DNA from: a virus
Reading direction: 5' to 3' (one strand)
IMG/VR virus record: IMGVR_UViG_3300008120_000012
Location: 1 to 64,000 of that record
Length of the DNA stretch: 64,000 bases
This document shows positions 30,101 to 39,601 of this stretch, one piece after another. The translations under genes and the position numbers were made by a program. Each line of letters starts with the position of its first letter. The stretch's first letter is position 1. Below the pieces are notes generated by a model. It saw nothing but the letters and a program-made list of their open reading frames with translations. It searched no databases and was not told where the DNA came from.

Positions 30101-31005
30101 TAAGGCTTAGAGACTTAGAGTTGGCGTCTCAAGTATATGAAAGAACCAGTCTTACAGAGATTGGTACAAAATATGGTGTACCAATTTTCCCATATCACAA
30201 AACTGGTTTGTTTTATGACTATAAGGGAGAAAACCCAATTGAAGTCTATAAAGACTCAACCCCACATCTATTCTTAACACGACATAGTGGATGGAGAATG
30301 AAGGGAGAATTTTCTCCTAACCTTGACCGTGGTATTTTGATACCAGTAAACAAAGAAAAAGAATTAAACTTTAATATCAGTTCTTTACAACTATGGGTTA
30401 AATTTGCAGGTTTAGAATTCCCTAATGTTGAAATGAGAGTCTTTAGTATTTCACATAAAAACGGAGATTTTGATTTTTATTTAGTTGGTGATAGTAGTAC
30501 CCAACGAGGATATATTTATGCAAAAAATAGAGAAACGGATGCCATAGAAACATCATTCCAGTATCATATAAATGGTCAACTTGTGGATAGTCCATATCTA
30601 ATAAATGAAGAGTGGTACTGTCTTGGTATAGCATTTACTGAACTTGTTGACTTTTCTGAGTACTCTGGATTTATTTCTTTGAATGGCCCAATGACATATA
30701 ATAACGTATCCTTCTCTGTTGCAACAAACCTAGAGTTGGAGCAAAGAGTTACAAACAATTCATGGTCTGCTGTTAGTGCATCTGGAACATGGGATTATTG
30801 GGAAAATTCATTTATTTGGGATAACGTATTTATTTTAGATGTGTCAAATGTTTACGATATTGACCCATCGGATATCTATGCTAGATATGTTGGAACAAAT
30901 AAGATTATTTTTGATGACTCTACAGAAGGTATTTTGGTAGATCCAGAGAAGTTTAAGATATTTGGCGACGTAGGTTGGTCAACTGCTGTCAAAACTCCAG
31001 TATAA
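27178..31005 (+). CDS. large virion-associated protein with concanavalin A/LamG-like regions
   Basis: EHPIAVWML start, YTAEMWI...VLVNGEEV...DSFALY pattern, Trp-rich C-terminus; lies upstream of the head genes. Confidence 0.55.
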   Translation: MTVLSNLYVEKVIAEHPIAVWMLNEQVDYISLITDSNRQIYTGGQWTVTGATATLESSPPAEVPFSNSVTTKISGAVNVTATITNAVGDGTQITYTAANTFSAGQLVDITGLTITSGASLNLSNAIIATASSTQFTVLSQTIGTATLQNGLAKRRIVGKSVFALPTASMDSSLSNFCISGYLYVDGGFVDSFAFGYQYDDSVSGLTYYVEEIIDINAFNVDQWIHFAKTFEQPPVGSTNVKMMFRTINSNAGSAGDYDFYINGLSLGQWSEDFTHISLGTTGSTISSSIDLPSTLKVIDAPAYGSSSKTGYYVVGDAKPFAKNFGVPLVYGSSNVTKIYPNVVGGTTYPSLIFPGYGFLNQSGKYNEYTAEMWISVNSDASTPRRIFGPISGTDGLYIEGGFLTFVIGKKFASYFVGEWYRPMLIHVRLIRDNVTVLVNGEEVINIPFIDSDVSYPSEFNGVKNRNWLGFYAYADTQPFSVDSFALYSYPVPNEVAKRRFVWGQGVTPPELQNSFLNSTTAYADYSFSDYAVNYNYPNFANFRQGYYSNVLANTTSLELPEYSLPTFYLGSKNQQTWYDNMQTAESAFTDKAFWFRPDVSWNSETCYIYFDKLATLNDNVESFYGLFELTNTAINNQVLIKAINNITNDYLLVKVDGATLKYIVNISGVETILKTDTLTINTKFVAGINLTNFAKQNVLGINKLLSDQFNVSVYLGGDTTNTFTGYIYKFGFDALYNNNKVKALYNDNGIFLYSNSSNILSHTSNYTLVPIQKYGTFFADIAIAGYWEDYVPLSYFAKYVRDYEEEQHYDLDQIQFNVDYPEPIETSAIESVSSWSYQDLLNEFSNPDILTYEDLANSYYTTWDDYEDMSQNSIKYYYYDTSTASVRTFVSFQKIINGANENLVNFTNFDVPRVSGVLDTDAVTTPWEDTAFEVVDGTIIYPPKKYNDLTDVDFNDLALVSHIEFKIDGIIHNPIRLRDLELASQVYERTSLTEIGTKYGVPIFPYHKTGLFYDYKGENPIEVYKDSTPHLFLTRHSGWRMKGEFSPNLDRGILIPVNKEKELNFNISSLQLWVKFAGLEFPNVEMRVFSISHKNGDFDFYLVGDSSTQRGYIYAKNRETDAIETSFQYHINGQLVDSPYLINEEWYCLGIAFTELVDFSEYSGFISLNGPMTYNNVSFSVATNLELEQRVTNNSWSAVSASGTWDYWENSFIWDNVFILDVSNVYDIDPSDIYARYVGTNKIIFDDSTEGILVDPEKFKIFGDVGWSTAVKTPV

Positions 31006-31023
31006 TCTGATATACTTATGGTT

Positions 31024-31431
31024 ATGGATATGGACAAAAACCCTTTAATCAACCCCAAAACTGGTAAGCCTATTGTAGGAAATGTTCGTCGTCAGGTCAT
31101 TGATAAGCATTATGACTGGGGTCTTTATGTATACAAAAAGGCTGATGGTAGATGGTTTACTGATGGAAATGGTTCTGTTTTGAATATTCCTTCTAATAAA
31201 GGTGATGTTAATCAAATTAATAAATTAAAAGAAGCAGCCATGTATTATGGTGATCCTGGTGATGGTAAGGCTGTTTTTGTTCCTGGACTAAACAGGGTAT
31301 CAGAAGAAGAGTATTCTGAGCAGGTAGAAAGATTGAGATCTGGTTTAATTCCATCAATGAACGACCTGGGAGCATGGAAAGCAGCACAAGATACAGTAGA
31401 CAAATATGGAAAAGGTGTTTTAGATGAGTGA
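31024..31431 (+). CDS. hypothetical protein upstream of the portal
   Basis: Overlaps the portal start. TGATATACT at 31008-31016 suggests ATG 31024 (or 31030). Confidence 0.6.
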   Translation: MDMDKNPLINPKTGKPIVGNVRRQVIDKHYDWGLYVYKKADGRWFTDGNGSVLNIPSNKGDVNQINKLKEAAMYYGDPGDGKAVFVPGLNRVSEEEYSEQVERLRSGLIPSMNDLGAWKAAQDTVDKYGKGVLDE

Positions 31432-33064
31432 AGATTTTGAATATGAGTATGTTAGTGCATCACTAAACACTCAATCGGAAAAAGAAAATATTTTTAAAAA
31501 GAGTGACCCATTTAATCAAGATTGGGAAAGTTTAAAAAATCTTTTAAACATAGAACAAAATTTTAAAAGACGAACTGCTAGAAATGTAAGCAAGGCAGTT
31601 GAAACTTATAGTTCTGCAATTGTTACACAATCTCCAGCACCTACAGAATCTTATTTAGCATCTGCTAGAGCATCTCAAGTAGGAGATGGTGCTGGCTCAA
31701 AAACCATTAATCCAGGAACTGTTTATAGAAACGGTTATGGAATTTTTGATGTAATTACGCCTCCATATAATTTATATGAACTTGCTAACTTTTATGATAC
31801 TTCTTTTGCTAACCATGCTGCTATTGATGCTAAGGTAGAAAATGTTGTAGGTCTTGGATATCGTTTTGAAATGAATTCAAAAACCATGATGAAGTTATCA
31901 TCAGCAACTGATGAGGCTGCTGTAGAAAGAGCAAGAAAAAGAATTGAAAGACTTAAAATTGAAACAAAAGACTGGCTAGAAAGTTTAAACTCTGATGAGA
32001 GTTTTACTGACATTATGGAAAAGATATATACAGATGTTCAGGCAACTGGAAATGGCTACATGGAAATTGGACGTAAAGTTAATGGAGAAATTGGTTACAT
32101 AGGACATATACCATCAACAACTGTTCGTGTGCGTCGTCTTCGTGATGGATTTGTTCAGATCATAGGACCAAGTTTGGTTTACTTCCGTAACTTTGGTGCA
32201 AAGAATAAGAATCCATTGACAGCAGATCCTAGACCAAACGAAATTATACATTTCAAGGAATACTCACCACTAAACACTTATTATGGTGTACCAGATATTA
32301 TTGCTGCTCTGCCTTCATTAATTGGAGATCAATTGGCTTCTCAATATAACATTGATTATTTTGAAAACAAAGCAGTTCCAAGATATATAATTACTCTAAA
32401 AGGTGCAAAACTTTCTCCTGATGCAGAAGATAAGATGTTTAGATTTTTACAGACTGGACTTAAATCTCAGTCACACAGAACTCTTTATATTCCACTGCCT
32501 GGAGACACAGAGTCATCTAAAGTAGAATTTAATATGGAGCCAATTGAAAACGGTATTCAAGAAGGCTCTTTCAAAGAATATCGTAAGCAAAACCGTGATG
32601 ATATTTTGGTAGCACACCAAGTTCCAATATCTAAACTAGGTGGTCAGGATTCTGGAATTGCTTCAGCGCTTGCACAGGATAGAACTTTTAAAGAGCAAGT
32701 TGCAAGGCCAGAGCAACATAAAATAGAAAAAATGTTAGCAAAGGTAATTCAAGAATATACAGACATTATTGAGTTAAAGTTTAATGAACTCACTTTGACT
32801 GATGAAATAGCACAATCACAAATTCTTGAAAGATATGTCAAAAATCAAATTATGCTTCCAAATGAGGCTCGTGAGATTTTAGATCTGCCACAAGTGCCTC
32901 ATGGAGATGAACCACTAGAATTAACTGCTAGAGCATCAGCAGACTCTAATGCCAATAATGCAAAAAATAGAGCAAGGGATGCAGAAAGAGTTAATAACTC
33001 TTCCGATTCACCAGCAACACTATCTGGTAGAAATCCAAAGGGAGAGGGAAGATCTTCTCAATAG
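31424..33064 (+). CDS. portal protein
   Basis: ATGNGYMEI, NEIIHFK..SP...YYGVP, YFENKAVP, ILVAHQVP, NEARE.LDLP. Confidence 0.92.
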   Translation: MSEDFEYEYVSASLNTQSEKENIFKKSDPFNQDWESLKNLLNIEQNFKRRTARNVSKAVETYSSAIVTQSPAPTESYLASARASQVGDGAGSKTINPGTVYRNGYGIFDVITPPYNLYELANFYDTSFANHAAIDAKVENVVGLGYRFEMNSKTMMKLSSATDEAAVERARKRIERLKIETKDWLESLNSDESFTDIMEKIYTDVQATGNGYMEIGRKVNGEIGYIGHIPSTTVRVRRLRDGFVQIIGPSLVYFRNFGAKNKNPLTADPRPNEIIHFKEYSPLNTYYGVPDIIAALPSLIGDQLASQYNIDYFENKAVPRYIITLKGAKLSPDAEDKMFRFLQTGLKSQSHRTLYIPLPGDTESSKVEFNMEPIENGIQEGSFKEYRKQNRDDILVAHQVPISKLGGQDSGIASALAQDRTFKEQVARPEQHKIEKMLAKVIQEYTDIIELKFNELTLTDEIAQSQILERYVKNQIMLPNEAREILDLPQVPHGDEPLELTARASADSNANNAKNRARDAERVNNSSDSPATLSGRNPKGEGRSSQ

Positions 33065-33104
33065 TTGAGATGTTCAATAAAATGTTTGATATAATAGGAT
33101 TGCT

Positions 33105-34427
33105 ATGAATATACAAAAAGCACACTGGACGACCTCACAGGAAAACGTACGTATATCAATGCCTTTTAGCAAGGTTGATACTGAGCGTCGCATAGTCTCT
33201 GGTTTTGCAACATTAGATAATGTTGATAAACAAAACGACATTGTTACTACAGAAGCAAGCGTTGCTGCATTTAAAAACTTTAGAGGTAATATTCGTGAAA
33301 TGCATCAGCCAACTGCAGTAGGAAAGATGGTATCTTTTAAAGAAGACCGTTACTTTGATCCTAGCAGCAAAAAGTTTTATTCTGGAGTTTTTGTTTCAGC
33401 ATATATTTCAAAGGGTGCACAAGATGCATGGGAAAAAGTCCTTGATGGAACATATACTGGTTTTTCAATTGGTGGTAACATCAAGTCTTGGGACGATGCG
33501 TTTAATGAAGAGTTAAACAAGAGCATAAGAATTATTAAAGATTATGATTTATTTGAGTTGTCTTTAGTAGACAGCCCAGCAAATCAATTTGCAAGTATTG
33601 TTTCAATTGAAAAAGCCGATGGCCAAACTGTATTAAAAGGTTCTGCTACAGAAGTAGAATTAGAAAACGTTTTTTGGGATTCAGAATCTGGAATTGTTGT
33701 AGTTTCTGAACAAGAGTCAGCAGTAAGTCCAGCAACAGGAAAAGAAATGAAGAATATCGGCTTCGTTGAAAAAAGCGATAAAGAAAATACCGATATGTTA
33801 AAGTTCTTAGTTGATAGTGCTAAAGGCATTAAGACAATTAAGATGACAAAGGAGGTAATTCCAATGACAGAAGATACTAACGTAGAGGCAGTAGTAGAAG
33901 ATACTCCTGTAGTTACTGAAGAATCAAACGTTGAGATTGCTCCAGAGGCTCCAGCAGATGCTCCAGCAGATGCTTCTGCAGAAGAAGCGGTTGTTGAAGA
34001 GTCTGAATCATCTGCAGAGGTTGTAGAAACAACTGAAGCAGAAAAGAGCATTGATACTGTAAATCCAGAAGAGGCTATCGTCAAAGCCGTTGCAGATATC
34101 AAAGACTCTCTTAATAATGCCTTTGGCGATCTAACAGCAACAATCAAATCAATTAATGATCAAGTTGCTGAACTAACAAAATCAATAGCAGGTGTAACTC
34201 AAGATGTAACATCTGTTAATTCAAAAGTTGTTTCTGTTGCAGATGAGGTTGCAACAATTAAGAATGACTTTAATGAGTTTGGAAAGCGAGTAGATAAGGT
34301 AGAATCCGATACTGCTTTCCGCAAGTCTGGCGATCTTGGCGAGATCGTGCAGGAATTGGCAGAACAGCCAGTTCAAAAATCCCTATGGGGCGGTCGTTTC
34401 CTCAAATCAACCGACCTATTTAATTAA
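33105..34427 (+). CDS. prohead protease with fused acidic/coiled-coil scaffold region
   Basis: RIVSGFA...DKQNDIV, IREMH, YTGFSIGG, ELSLVDSPAN, then a Glu/Ala/Pro-rich linker and heptad repeats. Confidence 0.88.
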   Translation: MNIQKAHWTTSQENVRISMPFSKVDTERRIVSGFATLDNVDKQNDIVTTEASVAAFKNFRGNIREMHQPTAVGKMVSFKEDRYFDPSSKKFYSGVFVSAYISKGAQDAWEKVLDGTYTGFSIGGNIKSWDDAFNEELNKSIRIIKDYDLFELSLVDSPANQFASIVSIEKADGQTVLKGSATEVELENVFWDSESGIVVVSEQESAVSPATGKEMKNIGFVEKSDKENTDMLKFLVDSAKGIKTIKMTKEVIPMTEDTNVEAVVEDTPVVTEESNVEIAPEAPADAPADASAEEAVVEESESSAEVVETTEAEKSIDTVNPEEAIVKAVADIKDSLNNAFGDLTATIKSINDQVAELTKSIAGVTQDVTSVNSKVVSVADEVATIKNDFNEFGKRVDKVESDTAFRKSGDLGEIVQELAEQPVQKSLWGGRFLKSTDLFN

Positions 34428-34452
34428 TAAAATCACTTAGGAGGTGAAATAT

Positions 34453-35580
34453 ATGTCGGAACAGAACAACACAGAGATTGTAAAGAACTATCCAGGTTCA
34501 ACTTCACCAGCAGGTCAATTGAACTCTGAAGGATCATTCGCTTCAGGCGGAATCGGTTCAGTTACAACTCCAGCAGGCGGTATCCTTGGAAACACACCAA
34601 CAGCAAACATGGGTGTTACCACAGGACCAAACGCAGTAAACCCAACTGGTACACTAGGAGGTATCCTATTGCCAGAGCAGGCTCGTCGTTTCATTGACTA
34701 CGTGTGGGATGCAACAGTTCTCGCCCAGGATGGTCGTAAGGTTACTATGAGAGCCAATACGATTGAACTTGAGAAGGTCAACGTTGGTGAGCGTGTTATT
34801 CGTGCAGCAGCGCAAGGTTCAAATAACTACACAAACGCTGGTGCTACATTCACTAAGGTAGAACTAACAACCAAGAAGATTCGTCTTGATTGGGAAGTAT
34901 CTACTGAAGCACTTGAAGACAATATTGAAGGAGGTGCTCTAGAAGATCACATCGTACGCTTGATGACCAATGCATTTGCTAATGACATTGAAGATCTAGC
35001 GATTAACGGTGATGGTACAACTGGAGATTTCCTTTCAATTATGAATGGTTTCGTAAACCGTGTAAAGACTGCTGGTTCAGGAGCACACGAGTCAATCGTG
35101 ACTGTTACAAGCAACCAGTGGACAACTGATGTAATGCAGAACATTATCTTGGCAATGCCACGTAAGTATCGTGCACTTAAGAGCAATCTTAAGTTCTATG
35201 CAGGTACTGACGCATTCCAGGGAATTATCAAGCATAACGGTACACTTGCTGATGCAGTAGCAGAAGCATTTGCTTATCGTCCATCAGGCACACCAGCAAA
35301 CCGTCAAGCATATCTTGATGGTTCAGGACAAACTTTCGGTGGAGCACGTACAACACGTGTTCTCGGAATTGATGTTCAGGAAGTTCCTTACTATCCTGCA
35401 GGCTATGTAGATCTTACATTCCCTCAGAACCGTGTATGGGGTTTCCAGCGTGACATCACTGTAAACCGTGAGTACAAGCCAAAGAAGGACACAATTGAAT
35501 ACACAGTATTCGTCCGATTCGGCGTACAATGGGAAGAACTTGATGCAGTTGCTTACGCAGATGCAGCAGCAGAATCCTAA
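34453..35580 (+). CDS. major capsid protein (HK97 fold)
   Basis: GGILLPEQARRFID, EALEDNIEG, EDLAINGD; position after the protease; SD ggaggtg; highly biased codons. Confidence 0.92.
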   Translation: MSEQNNTEIVKNYPGSTSPAGQLNSEGSFASGGIGSVTTPAGGILGNTPTANMGVTTGPNAVNPTGTLGGILLPEQARRFIDYVWDATVLAQDGRKVTMRANTIELEKVNVGERVIRAAAQGSNNYTNAGATFTKVELTTKKIRLDWEVSTEALEDNIEGGALEDHIVRLMTNAFANDIEDLAINGDGTTGDFLSIMNGFVNRVKTAGSGAHESIVTVTSNQWTTDVMQNIILAMPRKYRALKSNLKFYAGTDAFQGIIKHNGTLADAVAEAFAYRPSGTPANRQAYLDGSGQTFGGARTTRVLGIDVQEVPYYPAGYVDLTFPQNRVWGFQRDITVNREYKPKKDTIEYTVFVRFGVQWEELDAVAYADAAAES

Positions 35581-35604
35581 AAAATAGTTCTTAAATGAAC
35601 CCTT

Positions 35605-35640
35605 GAGGGGGAGGTAGTGTAACAACTGCCTCCCCTTTCA
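35605..35640 (+). terminator. GC-rich hairpin, probable terminator after the MCP
   Basis: ggggaggtagt-gtaaca-actgcctcccc then ttt. Confidence 0.65.
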
Positions 35641-35658
35641 ACTTTATAAGGAGAATAA

Positions 35659-35904
35659 ATGTCATATTCAGATACAAACCCAAATGAAACACTAAATGCA
35701 CAAGGCGCAGTAGCAATAAATAGTGTTGGCGGTGTAATTATTATGGGACCAAGCGGATTGATCACTCAGCATAATGCGTTGGGTAATATTAATGGAGATG
35801 TAATATTTGGAGATACAACAGGTCCTAACGCTGTAAATCCATCTGGTACTCCATCTGGTGGAAAAAATCCACAACAAAATAATTTTATAAGTTATATAAG
35901 ATAA
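35659..35904 (+). CDS. 81-aa protein homologous to the MCP N-terminal arm
   Basis: LGN...GDTTGPNAVNPSGT vs MCP LGN...GVTTGPNAVNPTGT; SD aaggag. Confidence 0.7.
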   Translation: MSYSDTNPNETLNAQGAVAINSVGGVIIMGPSGLITQHNALGNINGDVIFGDTTGPNAVNPSGTPSGGKNPQQNNFISYIR

Positions 35905-35938
35905 GCATTCTGGTATAATAAACGCAGGAGGATTTTTA

Positions 35939-36157
35939 ATGTCAAAGTCAAAAGTAGAAAAAACAACTAATAGCCCAGCAGCAGATGACAAGGTAGCACT
36001 TTATTCTCAAAAGAATTTATTTTGGAATGAAGTAGGAACTCTTAAAATTGGCTACAATATTGTCAATTCAGAAAATGCTGAAAAGTGGTTAAGGCATAAG
36101 GCTGTTAGAATTGCAACTCCAGACGAGGTGGCGAAGGCGTATAGCCAAAACAAATGA
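35939..36157 (+). CDS. small head-associated hypothetical protein
   Basis: SD aggagg; TGGTATAAT at 35911; VRIATPDEV motif. Confidence 0.6.
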   Translation: MSKSKVEKTTNSPAADDKVALYSQKNLFWNEVGTLKIGYNIVNSENAEKWLRHKAVRIATPDEVAKAYSQNK

Positions 36158-37113
36158 TAGTTAGAAGAGTGCCCCCATACCCAATTGATATTACCTATAC
36201 GGTCCCTGAGCCAAATACTGAATATTATTTTACAATTGAAAACTCTCCAAAAACCATTGAGGCAAATGAAACATTAACATCAGATGCCAACTCTAAAATA
36301 ACATATACATTAACTGGAGACTTTGTTAAGTATGATCAAGACTATGCAGTTTTAGTTTATGATAGCCCAGAGGACGATACTGGAGATGTCGTAGTACAGG
36401 ATATATTAAATGTAATTAGACCGTATGTTGATGTTAGAGATCTTGTCTCTACCGCTTCAGAAATTGCAGAGTATGAGGAGTATGAACTTCTTGCTAGAAC
36501 ATTAATTAATAGCATTGTCGGACCAAAAGGATTTTTATTTGAAAAGAGTATATTAGAGGTTACTGGACAAGGAACTGACTATTTACCACTATGGGATCTA
36601 GCCTATAAGATTTTACAAGTATATGAAAACTCAGAATTAGTATATGATTCAACTCAAGACCCACCATACCTTGGTGAGTATACATATGGAATAACACAGG
36701 ATAGAACTGCAATATATAAAGATGCTGGTGGAATATATGATCGTTCAGAAAAAAAGCCATTAAGGTTTAGACCAAGTGCTTCAGATTCTTTTAATGCCTA
36801 TACATCTTTAGATACACCAGAGTTTAGTGCACCAAATAATACAGTTATGTTTCCAGAAGGATGGGACTATGTAATTATTTATGAAACAGGTCATCGTGTT
36901 ATACCAAATGACATTCGTGACGCTACTATCAGATTAATGGATGACATTCGTTGTGGGAAATTAGAATATTTTAAGAGATCCATTGATTCATATCAAACAG
37001 ATCAATTTAATATAAAGTGGGATCCAAGACATCTTGATGGAACTGGAAACCTTTTTGTTGACAAGGCATTAGAAAAATATACAACAACATTACCTAAGCC
37101 ATGGGTGATTTAA
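36154..37113 (+). CDS. head-tail adaptor protein
   Basis: Position after the MCP; IPNDIRDAT and TGNLFVDKAL.KY motifs. Confidence 0.65.
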   Translation: MIVRRVPPYPIDITYTVPEPNTEYYFTIENSPKTIEANETLTSDANSKITYTLTGDFVKYDQDYAVLVYDSPEDDTGDVVVQDILNVIRPYVDVRDLVSTASEIAEYEEYELLARTLINSIVGPKGFLFEKSILEVTGQGTDYLPLWDLAYKILQVYENSELVYDSTQDPPYLGEYTYGITQDRTAIYKDAGGIYDRSEKKPLRFRPSASDSFNAYTSLDTPEFSAPNNTVMFPEGWDYVIIYETGHRVIPNDIRDATIRLMDDIRCGKLEYFKRSIDSYQTDQFNIKWDPRHLDGTGNLFVDKALEKYTTTLPKPWVI

Positions 37114-37578
37114 ATGAGCGCATACCTATCATCTGGTAACTGCAATGAAACTGATCTATATTTTCCAATGACAGCAGATTTATATTATCCAATAATTTCT
37201 CAAGGTTCTTATGGTGAAGTAAAAAAAGACTGGGTTTTTGATAGAAAGATTGCTCTTAATGCTATGCCTTTTTCAAGAAAAGGTACTGGAGAAATAGCCC
37301 CCGCAGTATTTTTACAATATAAAGATATGTTAGTTGGCAGAACAAAAGGTGACATAAGAGTAACATCAAACAACAACACAGAGGCATTGACAAATATTTT
37401 AATTACAAATATTTCAAGTGCTTCTGGTGAATTAATATATAAAGAAAGTGCTGGCCCTAGATCTGGTCGTGGAACTATATATGAAATTGCATCTTATGAT
37501 CCTCATTTTGCTCCTTATGGCGATATAGACTATTATTCTTTTACTATACGTAGATCTGAGAACCAGGCGGCTCAATAA
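37114..37578 (+). CDS. head-closure/stopper protein
   Basis: Synteny; YGEVKKDW motif; size. Confidence 0.55.
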   Translation: MSAYLSSGNCNETDLYFPMTADLYYPIISQGSYGEVKKDWVFDRKIALNAMPFSRKGTGEIAPAVFLQYKDMLVGRTKGDIRVTSNNNTEALTNILITNISSASGELIYKESAGPRSGRGTIYEIASYDPHFAPYGDIDYYSFTIRRSENQAAQ

Positions 37579-38255
37579 TGAGAGTAACGCTTGACTATAA
37601 TAAGTTTAATGCTATGATGAATAATGTTATAGGATACTCTACTGGATTTTTAGATGGTATTAATCAAGGCAAGACAATTTTTTTAAAAAACTTAGCAGAT
37701 GGAACAATAGAGACATTACGAAGATATATTGATGCTAACGCTAGAATGAATCCAGATGCCTTGCATCACGTATATGAATGGTATCGTGTAGGAAATGCAG
37801 ATGCAAGACTTTTTAATATTAACTCTGTAGTACGTGGAACTGGCATATCTATTAATTCAACATTTAGGCAGTCTTCATCAATTTCTAGAGATTCAAAAGA
37901 ACCTTTTTATAACAAGGCAAGAATTATGGAGAAAGGTATTCCAATTACTATTAAGCCAAAAGAAAGTAGCGTTTTGGTTTTTGAAGAAAGTGGAGAAACA
38001 GTATTTACTAAAAATGAAATTGTAATTAATAATCCTGGAGGAAATAAAGTTAGAGGATCCTTTGAAAAAGTTATTGATCAATTTTTTACAATTTATTTTT
38101 CACAAGCATTTTTAAAGTCTTGCGGTATTATGGACTATTTAGAAAACCCTAGGGCATATAAAGATAACTTCGCAGTTGGAGCAAAGACTGGAAGCAGTGC
38201 TGGCAAATCAACTGGGTATAAATGGATTATTAATGCAAAAGTTGAGGTAGAATAA
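37578..38255 (+). CDS. neck / tail completion protein
   Basis: Synteny between stopper and terminator; ARIMEKG motif. Confidence 0.5.
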   Translation: MRVTLDYNKFNAMMNNVIGYSTGFLDGINQGKTIFLKNLADGTIETLRRYIDANARMNPDALHHVYEWYRVGNADARLFNINSVVRGTGISINSTFRQSSSISRDSKEPFYNKARIMEKGIPITIKPKESSVLVFEESGETVFTKNEIVINNPGGNKVRGSFEKVIDQFFTIYFSQAFLKSCGIMDYLENPRAYKDNFAVGAKTGSSAGKSTGYKWIINAKVEVE

Positions 38256-38259
38256 GAAC

Positions 38260-38799
38260 ATGGCTACAGTAACAGATCTTCCATATCCACCAAAGTGGGT
38301 GAATAAGTTTATTTTTCAAGAGTTAGCAAAATATGATGATATTGGAGTTAGTGCTATATCTCAACTAGTTCCTATATTTGCAACTAGCCCAATTAATACA
38401 GAAGAAATATATAAAAATGTTATACAGGCAACTAATATCTCTGAGCCATTAGTAATCATATATGACAGACTTATCACATTTAGACCCAGTGTATTTTATC
38501 CCCATAAACGAGAGCAATTAATATATTATTTATATAGTACTAGTTTGGCCAACGTCAATAATGCTAATATTGTTATTTCTCAATTATTAGACAGAGAAGA
38601 TGCATCTGCTCAGGACATGAATACTTGGTGCACCCTTAATAAAGGCTCTGAAAATTATAATGTATATTTTCATAATACTAAAGTTTATCAGGCTCAAGAG
38701 GCAAGGGATGTCCTTGACCTTGCTTCTGCTAGAACCATATTCGTAAATAAACTCATAATAGAGTACGACTACCACACAAATTCCACCTCATATTTGTAA
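38260..38799 (+). CDS. tail terminator-like protein
   Basis: Immediately upstream of the major tail gene; size. Confidence 0.5.
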   Translation: MATVTDLPYPPKWVNKFIFQELAKYDDIGVSAISQLVPIFATSPINTEEIYKNVIQATNISEPLVIIYDRLITFRPSVFYPHKREQLIYYLYSTSLANVNNANIVISQLLDREDASAQDMNTWCTLNKGSENYNVYFHNTKVYQAQEARDVLDLASARTIFVNKLIIEYDYHTNSTSYL

Positions 38800-38879
38800 T
38801 AAAAAGGCTGTTATAATTGTCTTGAGGAAACACAAACGCCGTACAACTTAATAAAAAACTAAAAAGAAGAGGTGATATT

Positions 38880-39527
38880 ATGCCATATACTCGTGGTAAT
38901 AATCAAAATATTATCGTCGGTGCAGCAGCGTTCTTTATTGCTGACACAACACTGACTCCAGGCACACTTCCATCGTTGTCAGCAGGTTCTGCAGCAACAC
39001 AGTCTTTCCGTGAGACTTTGACAGCAAATGCATCGTATGACAACGTAGGTTACACAATGAATGGTCTTGAGTTACAGTTCCAACCAAATTTTGGTGAGGT
39101 TCAGGTAGATCAGGTTCTTGACGTTGCTAAACTTTACAAGCAAGGTATGACAGTTAGCCTAAGAACTGCTTTTGCAGAGGCTACTCTAGAAAATCTTTTG
39201 ATTGCTTTGGCTTATGGAAGTTCTAAACTAACAGGTACCAAGAACAGCGCAGCAGGTCAAGCACTTGATCTTTCTGCAGGAGATCTTGGAGAATGTCCAG
39301 TTGAGCGTGGAATCATTGCAGTAGGTCCAGGAACTGGAGATTGCGATGACTCAAATCGTATTGAGCGTGTTTACGCTGCATACCGTGCACTTTCAATTGA
39401 AAATGTAACTGTATCAGCAAAACGTGATGCCCCATCTATGTTTGAGGTATCATTCCGCTTGCTACCTGAAGATACTTCAGGTTCATATGGAAAGATAATT
39501 GACCGTACTTGGACAATTACTTCCTGA
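38880..39527 (+). CDS. major tail tube protein
   Basis: NIIVGAA, VGYTMNGLELQFQP...VQVDQ, EATLENL, FEVSFRLLP. Confidence 0.85.
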   Translation: MPYTRGNNQNIIVGAAAFFIADTTLTPGTLPSLSAGSAATQSFRETLTANASYDNVGYTMNGLELQFQPNFGEVQVDQVLDVAKLYKQGMTVSLRTAFAEATLENLLIALAYGSSKLTGTKNSAAGQALDLSAGDLGECPVERGIIAVGPGTGDCDDSNRIERVYAAYRALSIENVTVSAKRDAPSMFEVSFRLLPEDTSGSYGKIIDRTWTITS

Positions 39528-39547
39528 TAATTTAATACAATAAGAAA

Positions 39548-39584
39548 CAACAGGCCCGTCTTTTTAGACGGGTCTTGTTGCTTT
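39548..39584 (+). terminator. intrinsic terminator after the major tail gene
   Basis: caggcccgtc-ttttta-gacgggtcttg then ttgcttt. Confidence 0.7.
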
Positions 39585-39601
39585 ATGATAGAATATAAAA
39601 T

